A stretch of DNA of 63,976 nt, filler included, from Hyphochytrium catenoides (lineage: Eukaryota > Protista > Hyphochytriomycota): NCBI GenBank assembly GCA_900088475.1. It is 9 parts of 9 records of this genome, joined end to end, with 100 filler letters (N's around TTAATTAATTAA, not from the genome) between each part and the next. Parts side by side here need not be neighbours in the genome. Positions count along the whole stretch, not along the records: positions 50,811 to 60,869 come from FLMG01002537.1; positions 60,970 to 63,976 come from FLMG01001508.1; 7 more parts are not named here. One strand, 5' to 3'. The position numbers and the translations under genes were made by a program. The notes beneath the pieces are model-generated. The model had not been told where the DNA came from. It made no database searches and saw only the letters and a list, made by a program, of their open reading frames with translations. Below, piece after piece: positions 52,489 to 61,322 of this stretch (position 1 is its first letter; each line of letters opens with the position of its first letter).

Positions 52489-54604
52489 GAGAGTGAGTTA
52501 GACCGACAATTAGGTGAGTTAATTCGACCCTCACCACTGATGATCCAGAGAAGCTAGGTAGGTATGAGGGGGAGTGCTGAGTGCTACAATGTTCGTTGTC
52601 AGTAGTACAGTAGTCACTCTCTATACACACCTAGCTCTCAGGGACATAGACGTTACGGGTACACCTGTGTTATGGAAAGGAGGGATGTGAGAAGAATTTC
52701 CAGAAGAACACAGGACCAGCAGAGGAGAGAGAGAGATGATGAGGGAAGCTGGGCCGAGCAAAGATCTCGAGACCAGACTCTCAGGACTTAGCAATCATTC
52801 AGAGAAATCTCAATCAGATATCAATACCCAGTCCCTTTGTTATCGTTTCATCTAGATTGTGCTCATACAGAACCTTCAGGCATTGCCACCCAGCTCTGTA
52901 AAGTCCATCACAATCATCCTCAAGAAGCTGGTTTGATGGAACGGATCCATTCGGACGTCAAAGGCCCCTTAGAAGTCCCATCTTTAAGCGGAAAGCGGTA
53001 CTATGTGACGTTCATCGAGGAGAGTACGAACTACACGTGCACGAACTTCGTCCGGGAGAAGAGCGAGGTCTTTGGAGAGTTTAAGGGGTTCAAAGCATTC
53101 ATGGAGAATAAAAACTGGGAAGAAGATCAAGACCCTAGTGAGCGACAACGGGGGAGAATATACTTCAAATTGCTTTAAGAAGGACTTTCTGAAGAAGCAT
53201 GGGATTGAGCATCAGAGTACTGCCCCCCACAACCCGCAACAAAATGGGAAAGCAGAACGTAAAAACCGCTCCCTGATGGACATGACTAGGTGGTGCATGC
53301 TGCATCACGCTAGACTACCGAAAGTCTTCTGGGCTGAAGCCATTCAAGCTGCCACTTATCTTCAGAACCGATGCCCATCATCTTTTCTAAAAGGCAACAC
53401 TCCTTTTGAAGCTCTCATGGGGAAAAAGCCATCCCTTCAGTATTTGAGAGTCTTCGGCTGTGTGGCATACGATTACATTCCCAGCACTCAACGAAAATCG
53501 CTGGACGCAAGGAGCAAGCCCTATATCTTCTTGGGCTATCCGGAGCATCAGCGTGGGTACAGACTTATGGACTCGATCAGCAAGAAGATTGTCATCCTCA
53601 AGGATGTAATTTTCGATGTACAGAAGTTCCACATAGAGGGTAGGGAGCTAAACTACCCCACCGATGATACTTTCCTGTTCTTGGAGGATGAAGAACAGCA
53701 GCCTCTGGAGCCAGCAGTTGAGGTGCTAGGAGATCTCATCGAAGAGGAGAACGACCCAGCGGTGGAAGGAGAGAACTCAGACAAGGAGCCTTGGAGATCA
53801 AGGCCGAATGAAGAAGCCTGTCATCAAGGAGTTTACGGTGTCTTCCTACTTTGTGGGGGAGGAATTTGCGATGGCCGCAGCTGCGGCTGACGTGGATGAG
53901 CCTCTCACCTTCTCTAAGGTCATGGTCTCTCCTGAAGCAGCTGAGCGATGGAAGGAAAGCTATGGACGCTGAGTATCAATCTCTCATTGACAACGATACC
54001 TGGGAGCTTGTGCCTTTGCCATCAGGCAGGAAGGCAATTACCTCTAAGTGGCTGTTCAAGGTCAAGCAGAATTCGGCCGGTGAGATTGATCGCTTCAAGG
54101 CCAGACTGGTTGCCCGCGATTTTACGCAACAGGAAGGTATTGGCTATTAGGAGACCTTCTCTCCTGTGGTCAAGTTTGAGACGATCCGCGCCATCCTGGC
54201 AGTTGCTGCTGCTAAGGATTTAGAGCTACAGCAAATGGACTTCTCTACTGCTTTCCTCAACGGGGTGCTCGAGGAAGAGCTATTCCTAAGGGCTATGAGA
54301 GAGGAGGGAAGAATTTGGTTTGTCGCTTGAAGAAGTCCATAGTCGAGAGCAGCCTGGAACCAGGTGGTCAACGCTTTCTCTGAGGAGCATGGCTTCAGTC
54401 GCTCCAACGCGGACTCCTGCGTCTACGTCAAGGCGGAAAAGGATATGATCCTTATCATTGCCATCTACGTTGATGACTTGATCCTTGCCTCCAACGACTT
54501 GGAAGCTGTTGAACTGTGATCGACGCTGAAACCAAAAACTGTACAGCGGACGACGCAGAGGGGAAAATCCCTGGTATATAAACAAAAACGGGGATTAGTC
54601 AAGA

Positions 54605-54685
54605 GTACGTTTGGTGTATGGTGCATACTGGTTAGGGTGTCGGTATCAAAGACAGAGGTCCTGGGTTCAAATCTCGGAGCGTACA
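54605..54685 (+). ncRNA. tRNA-like Pol III gene in T1 5' LTR (loosely tRNA-Pro-like)
   Basis: Acceptor GTACGTT/AGCGTAC plus discriminator A, A-box-like TGGTGTATGG, T-arm CTGGG-TTCAAAT-CTCGG, TATATAAA at -30, TTTT at 54690-54693. The anticodon region is enlarged to 28 nt and poorly paired. Confidence 0.78.
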
Positions 54686-54755
54686 AAACTTTTCTCCGGT
54701 ATATCCAGACAACCCCCAATATTAACTTAAAGTGCTCACCATCAAATGATAAACA

Positions 54756-54771
54756 TGGTGTACGCTCCGAG
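54756..54771 (+). promoter_or_regulatory. Primer-binding site of T1
   Basis: TGGTGTACGCTCCGAG is the reverse complement of CTCGGAGCGTACA+CCA. Confidence 0.88.
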
Positions 54772-54980
54772 CGATTTAACTCGGGCAATATAGTGAGTTA
54801 TTCGGTTCTGACCACGGATGACCATCACAGTTCCATTTGAATCTAGAGCTTACAGAGTTCTCTAGATTCCAGGGGAGTGTTGAACTGTGATCGACGCTAA
54901 AACCGAAAAGTGTACAGCGGACGACGCAGAGGGGAAAATCCCTGGTATATAAACAAAAACGGAGATTAGTCAAGAGTACG

Positions 54981-55304
54981 TGTTGGAGTCTGAGGGCATA
55001 GCTATGTGGACTACAAGCTGGCAAGCTTAACTACCCAAGTTTCAGCTCTAAACTCCCAGTAGAAGCCGAGATATGAAGCAAACGAAATGTCCCTGTTTAT
55101 ATGTATGGCTTATGGTCAGTACCCCGGAATACCTTCAGGACTGACTGTTCTAGACAGGGATGTTCTCTATGACTGAATATCTTCGGGTTTATTAGGAATA
55201 ATTGGCATAGTCAGAATAGCTCTAGTTTATGGGACCCCAGTTGGGCTTATAAGTAGAGCACTCTCATCTAATGACATTGTCCAATCATCCCATATAATCC
55301 AACA
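54981..55304 (+). mobile_element. Family B LTR nested in the T1 array
   Basis: TGTTGGA...TCCAACA termini. It matches the LTRs of the gag-only elements. No TSD. Confidence 0.88.
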
Positions 55305-55424
55305 GGTTCTCTAGATTCCGGGGGAGTGTTGAACTGTGATCGACGCTGAAACCAAAAAGTGTACAGCGGACGACGCAGAGGGGAAAATCCCTGGTATATA
55401 AAGAAAAACGGAGATTAGTCAAGC

Positions 55425-55505
55425 GTACGTTTGGTGTATGGTGCATACTGGTTAGGGTGTCGGCATCAAAGACAGAGGTCCTGGGTTCAAATCCCGGAGC
55501 GTACA
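55425..55505 (+). ncRNA. tRNA-like Pol III gene in T1 3' LTR
   Basis: Same fold as 54605-54685, with T-arm CTGGG-TTCAAAT-CCCGG. Confidence 0.78.
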
Positions 55506-58500
55506 AAACTTTTCTCCGGTATATCCAGACATCCCCCAATATTGATTCAAAGTGTTCACCATCAAATGATATTAAATTAACAAAGCTCTCAACAACTTGA
55601 AGACTCTTCTGGCAGAAGAACTTTAAGATGAAGGACTTGGGAGAACTTAAATTCTTTCTTGGAATGGAGATCTCGAGGGATAGACAGGCAAAGAAGATCT
55701 ATCTCAGCCAACAGAGATACCTTAAGGACATCTTGAGGAGATTTGGTATGCAGGACTGCAAGGCAGTGGTGACTCCTTTGGAAGACGGGTTGAAGCTTTC
55801 TAAGGAGCTGCCACCTGGGACCGAGAAGGGAGAAGAAGAGCCAGTGGACGGCATCTACAGGCATTATCGGAAGCCTGATGTACGCTATGATCGCTACCAG
55901 GCCAGATATTGCTTATGCGGTTGGACTACTTAGCCGATTCATGGTGAATCCCGGAAAGCGGCACTTGGAGTGCGCAAAGGTTCTGCGCTATCAACGAGGA
56001 ACAATCTCTTTCTCTCTTGAGGTCTCTGGAGATCTGCTTCTTAAAGGCTTCTCGGATGCAGATTGGGCTGGTTGTCCGGATGAGAGAAAATCAACCAGCG
56101 GCTTTGTTTTCTACTTGGGGAACGGTGCGATCAGCTATAAGTCCTCAAGGCAAACAACAGTTGCCTTGTCCAGCACGGAGGCGGAGTATATAGCTTTGTG
56201 CACTGCGGCTAGAGAAGGCATTTGGCTTCGACGACTTCTCTCAGAGCTTAAGTTCCCAACGCAGTCTCCTACTGTTATCTATGAGGACAATCAAGGTGCA
56301 ATTGCTCTTAGCAAGAACCACTTGGTGCAATCTCGGACCAAGCACATTGAGACGAAGTACCACTTCGTTAGGGAATGCATCGAGAGAAAGGAGTTGTCTG
56401 TTTCCTTTATGCCCACGAATTTGATGGTAGCCGATGGACTTACGAAGGCTTTAGGCAAAACGAAGTTTGCAGAGTTTTGTCAGAGACTTCAACTGCTTTA
56501 GGGTTCTTTGACTTCTTAAAGCGAGGAAGGGTGTCGAGGATCAAACTTCTCTCTCACGTTCTTTCATCTGACTCTTTGCGATTGTTCTCTTACTTTGGTC
56601 TTATCTAGCATGTTAGAAAAGGTAGAGTTCTAGACTTAGAGGGAAAAGTATTGAGTTCCGCTTTTAGAGAGTCAAACCTTAGGCCCTTAGATACGTAGCA
56701 AGAGTAAGACTAGTAGCATGTTTCGGTAGAATTAGAAAGTAGAGTTGGACCAGCCAGAAGAAGTGTCACCAGGCACGCGCCTTTGACCTGGTCGTAAAGA
56801 GTAGCTTAGCTATAGTTTATCTTAGTAGTGAGAAGATTAGAGTCGTAACGTTACGACGCTGTAAGGTAGACTTTAGAGTGAGAGGTAGTATAGCTCATAG
56901 TTAAAGTTTGGGTAGAGCAGAAGAGCAATAGCTTCTAGAGTTAAGATGAGCCGAGCTCTTTGCCGACTTGTCAGTAGTGAATTCATTCCGCAATTTGCCA
57001 AGCACCAGAAAACTCAGCTAGCCAACCTGCTAAAGCGTCTTTAGCTGAATGGACCTTCATAACAGCTTTACCGCTGTATTAGCTCTTGGATCTGTCTGTG
57101 AGGTGATCGGCTTCACCGCTGTTCCTCGTAACTCCTCTGTTAGCGCGCAGGTTGGTACGTCGTGGCCGGACTGCTCTCAACAGTAACGTCTGTGTCCCTG
57201 AGAGCTAGGTGTGTATAGAGAGTGACCACTGTACTACTGACAACGAGCATTCTAGCACTCAACACTGCCCCTCATACCTAGCCTCTCTGGATCATCAGTG
57301 GTGAGGGTCGAATTAACTCACCAAATTGTCGGTCTCACTCACTCACCCCCCCGCAGACGAAGCTAGGTGGGTAGTGGCAAGAGTACTGGTACTAGGAGGG
57401 ATGATTCCAAGGTGAAGATGCATTGTCCGAAAGAGAGGAGCGGGTAAAGGCTTGGTGAGACAATCAGCGGCCATAGCTGCAGAGGAGAGGGTGTAACAGA
57501 TCGGCTTAATTCTCCCGTTGGCTGCTTCTATTGCAGGACACAGTACTTGACATCAAAGTCTTTGACTTTGGTCGTGAAGAGGAACAGGGAACAATCACAC
57601 TCTTGTTGTCCTGGCTATTACGAACGAGCAGCCGGTTGGAGAAGCCAAGCTCGCTCAGGAAAACTCTGAAGTGCTCTGCGACCTGGCTCGCGGACCAAAG
57701 AGACGCGTCCGTCTCCGGCGTTGTCGACGCTCGAAGAGATTGTTTCTTTGACTTCCAATCAAAAGCACCGCCGTTGAGGCCCAATAAATAGCCTGTGCGT
57801 GATAGACTTGCGGTCATCTGAGTCACTAGCCCAACCAGCATCAGCCTGCATCGAGAGTTGAATAGGAGCATCTCCTCCTAGACACAAGGAATAGTCTTGG
57901 GTGGCCTTCCGGTAGGAGAAGTTACGTTTGACAGCCTCCCAGTGGACGTGGCGGAAGGCAGTTACATGTTGGCTCACAGCTTGCACCGCATAAGCGATAT
58001 CGGACCACGTGCACACCACCATTGACATGGAGCAAGGAACCCACTGCTTGGCGATAAGGGGTTCGAGCCAACCGGTCAACTTCATCAACAGAAAGAGGAA
58101 TGGTCGACGCTTTGGGCAAGTACGTCTTAGGCATCGCGGGGATAGGGTTTGGGTAGGCATCAAGTAGGTTGAAGCGCTCCAAGATCTCTGCGATATACTT
58201 CGGTTGTCGAAGGTATATCTTCCTAGCAGCTCGATCCCGTTTTACTTGGATGCCCAAGTAGTACTCTAACTCCCCCAAATCGGTGGTAGAGAAACGAGCA
58301 GGCCTCATAGTCTTCAGACCTGCAATTTCCTCGGTGGTGGGAGCAAAGAGGAGTATGGTCATCAACGAAGACGCCGACGATGTCAAGGTCGGCAGGTCTC
58401 GAAGAGTGCTGCTTGGCGTATACTCCAAAGTCACAGACGGTGCGGTGAATCCCCTTGTTCCATCAGATAATGGTGGGGGGTGTCATTCCACATCTGGGAC

Positions 58501-58859
58501 TGGAGCGGAGACCATATATCGACTTCTTCGGCTTCCAGATGCTATCTTCTTGTCCAGGAGCTGCGAAACTGGGGGACTGCCGCTTGTACACCTGCTAGTC
58601 AAAGTTGCGGTTCAGGCAGGATGCCTTTTTATCGACGTAGTGTACTTCTAGATCGAGCGTGGCGGCGAGCGAGAGAAGGCAGCGCGCTCTGTCATGCCCT
58701 ATCACTGGACCAAAGACCTCGCTAAAGTCAATACCTTACTTCTTCTGTCGATTGCCAGGAGTGACCACACTTGCCTTGTACTACTGTACTTGTGCACTGC
58801 TAACGATCTCTCTTCCGCGATCGGAGCGTATCTCCTTCACGCGCTCACCCGTCTGGTTC

Positions 58860-59117
58860 TGTTAGATTTTATCATTGGATGGTGAGCACTTTGTATTAAT
58901 ATTGAAGGGCGTCTGGATATACCGGAGAAAAGTTTTGTACGCTCCGGGATTTGAACCCAGGACCTCTGCCTTTGATGTCGACACCCTAACCAGTATGCAC
59001 CATACACCAAACGTACTCTTGACTAATCTCCGTTTTTGGTTTATATACCAGGGATTTTCCCCTCTGCGTCGTCCGCTGTACACCTTTTTTGGTTTCAGCG
59101 TCGATCACAGTTCAACA
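58860..59117 (-). mobile_element. T1 solo LTR with 5-bp TSD GGTTC, inserted in the Copia integrase
   Basis: TG...CA termini. GGTTC lies at 58855-58859 and 59118-59122. Confidence 0.92.
58936..59016 (-). ncRNA. tRNA-like Pol III gene in T1 solo LTR
   Basis: Same 81-nt fold as the other T1 copies. Confidence 0.78.
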
Positions 59118-59523
59118 GGTTCTTCATGAGAAGAATGAGCTTCTTCAACTTAGCTTCTGCTTCTCCTTTGCTTTGAAGAAATTGCACAAAGCACCTCCGA
59201 GAGTGATCATCCACAACGAGCAGAAAATGTACATAGCCTTGATAGCTCCAAAGAATATTTTCGTCGAAAGGAGAAAGAAGAAGGAGAATCAACAGGACAT
59301 TTACGAGACAATCCTCATCTCTTCAAAAATTCTCCAAAGCCCCGCCTCCATCCTTTGACTCTATAGTGAGTCACCTGTACGTCCTAGGGACTCTCTCTCT
59401 GGCTGCAGATGAGGGAGGCATCGACCGTATTATGACTGATGAACAGAGAAGAGTGCCTAGCTCTTCACACTCCGGATACTCTACATTCTTCTTCTGAACG
59501 CTCTCTCTGCTCCAGGTCCAGGG

Positions 59524-60869
59524 TGTTGAATTATATGGGATGATTGGACAATGTCATTAGTTGAGAGTGCTCTACCTATAAGCCCAACTGGGGTCCCATA
59601 ATCTAGGGCTATTCTGACTATGCCAACTATTCCTAATAAACCCTAAGATATGGAGTTATAGAGATATCCCTGTCTAGAACAGTCAGTCCTGAAGGTATCC
59701 TGGGGTACTGACCATAAGCCATAGGTATAAACAGGGACATTTCGCTTGCTTCCTATCTCGGCTTCTACTAGGAGTTTAGAGCTGAAACTTGGGTAGTTAA
59801 GCTTGCCAGCTTGTAGTCCACATAGCTGTGCCCGCAGACTCCAACACCTCCCCGCAGCTCGAACTCCCTCTTGTGAAGGGTCGAAGCTAAACATTCAACA
59901 CCTCCCCGCATGCTGTAGACCCGCTAGAAAGAGATTACTGGTTCTTGGGTTTCCATTGCACACATTTCTCGATGTACGATGAACAGCGAGGTTGGCGAGA
60001 TGTTGTTTCCTTAGCCTTTTTGATAAACGCGTCGAGATCTCCAGAAATTTCCACATTGTCTGATTGCTTCAGTGCTAGATAGAAAGAATGGAGAGTATTG
60101 TTAGCAGCGTCAAGCTTTTCTTGATTCAGAGCCTGCGTATTGCTTAATTGTCCTTCATTTGGATCCTTGGGACCTTGATGTTGGTTGACTCCTCTCCGTG
60201 CTTCCTCTTTGGAAAGAGATAGTTTAGTTGGTTGTTGAGATGTTTCCTTAGTGATGAGCTGGTTTTGTTCTTCAGTTCTTCTCAGTAGTGCCTTGACTGC
60301 CTCACGATAAGAAGTCTTCTTCTTTGATGAAGATAAATCAATAATTTTCTTCGAAGCTTTTGACAGATTCCTTTTAGAGCGTGATTTCCAGAAAGACGGT
60401 CTGTGATGAGCGTTCTGCTCGAGTTCCCAGCATTTCTCCGAAGGATGGCTGCGACTTCCGCAAAATGGGCACTCCGGCCATTGATCGCGAACTTTGATGT
60501 TAGATGATGATGAAGCTGGATGAGCCTTGTTCTTGGTCTCGTGATGACGGTGATGATGAGGTTCCTTTATCCTTTGTTGATGTAGAGTGTATGCAGCAAA
60601 GCCTTCTTCTTCATCATAATGCTTGTTGGTAGTGCGCAGCGCACGTCTTCGGTGTTGTTCTCCGATGAGAATATCATCTATGGCACTTGCACATAGTTCC
60701 CCCGTTCCACGCACTTGGATGGCTTGAGCAATACCTTCATATGAGCGGTGGAAGGGCCATAAGTACTGCGGCTTTGTAGAGGTTGTCGTAGAAATCTTTC
60801 TTCTCCATTATTTCTCAAAGTAAATCAAGCTTTCTTCTCTGCTGGCACAGGAAGAGGCTAATGTCTTGT
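59524..60869 (-). mobile_element. Gag-only LTR element (family B): gag ORF 59935-60714+, double PPT, 3' LTR 59524-59846
   Basis: Close paralogue of 35796-36983. It has the CCHC knuckle and the ORF is open where the other copy has a stop. The 5' end is lost in the gap. Confidence 0.82.
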
Positions 60870-61230
60870 NNNNNNNNNNNNNNNNNNNNNNNNNNNNNNN
60901 NNNNNNNNNNNNNTTAATTAATTAANNNNNNNNNNNNNNNNNNNNNNNNNNNNNNNNNNNNNNNNNNNNGAGAGAGAGAGAGAGAGTAGAGGAGGGAGAG
61001 AGAGAGAAGGCATTCTCATTCTGTCTCACCAGGAAGGCGTTACATGTCCAAGCTATCCTTCTATCTCTGATATTGTAAGCCGCATTAATAATAGAGTAGT
61101 TCTTATTCTTCATCTGGTTTCGACTTTGGTTCAGCTTAAAGGATAACTCACAATATAGTTATCTACCGTTCTTGATCTTCAACTCGTGTCTCTCGTCTCA
61201 GTCTCTCTCTCTCTCTTCTCTCTCTGTCTT

Positions 61231-61287
<57 letters not shown>

Positions 61288-61322
61288 TCATGAGACCCTC
61301 TATTACTTCACAGAGCACTAAA

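Larger units (their letters stand above)
50811..52878 (+). mobile_element. Degenerate Copia element (RT/RNase H 50811-51900; 3' LTR about 52489-52878), split at its PPT/LTR junction by an inserted composite
   Basis: VFVDDMLL, DLGELEYYLGIQV, QADADWA, SSTTEAE, with frameshifts. Same family as the minus-strand copy at 57.2-59.5 kb. Confidence 0.88.
54507..55582 (+). mobile_element. Tandem TRIM, family T1: LTR 54507-54755, internal 54756-54877, truncated LTR 54878-54980, [family B LTR], PPT, LTR 55327-55582
   Basis: ~250-bp TG...CA direct repeats, PBS TGGTGTACGCTCCGAG, PPT AGGGGAG/GGGGGAG. Flanked by AAGC (54503-54506, 55583-55586). The host Copia RT reads on across the insertion (NDLEA|LNNLK). 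Confidence 0.92.
52879..56610 (+). mobile_element. Degenerate Copia element (integrase-RT-RNase H, PPT, LTR start at 56532), interrupted at 54507-55582
   Basis: IHSDVKGP, SDNGGEY, PQQNGKAERKNR, LRVFGC, KWLFKVK..RFKARLVA, YVDDLIL, MKDLGELKFFLG, FSDADWAG, SSTEAEY, YEDNQGA, ADGLTKAL. IN precedes RT, the Copia order. Confidence 0.95.
57183..59520 (-). mobile_element. Degenerate Copia element (integrase fragment, RT, RNase H, PPT, LTR fragment 57183-57345)
   Basis: VVDDHSRRCFVQFLQSK, DLGELEYYLGIQV, HWEAVKR, QADAGWA, with frameshifts. Paralogous to 50811-52878. Confidence 0.85.

Noticed and set aside
54605-54685. Calling the T1 RNA a functional tRNA-Pro(AGG) with an intron, or T2 a tRNA-Ile(GAT)
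   Set aside because: The anticodon stems do not pair canonically, the D-loops are abnormal, and all copies lie inside LTRs.
54507-54755. tRNA-derived SINE
   Set aside because: The unit has TG..CA ends, PBS, PPT, direct-repeat structure and a short fixed TSD, with no poly(A) or simple-repeat tail.
56611-57182. Possible additional solo LTR (TGTTAG...TCAACA)
   Set aside because: Single copy in the window and no TSD, so it cannot be supported.
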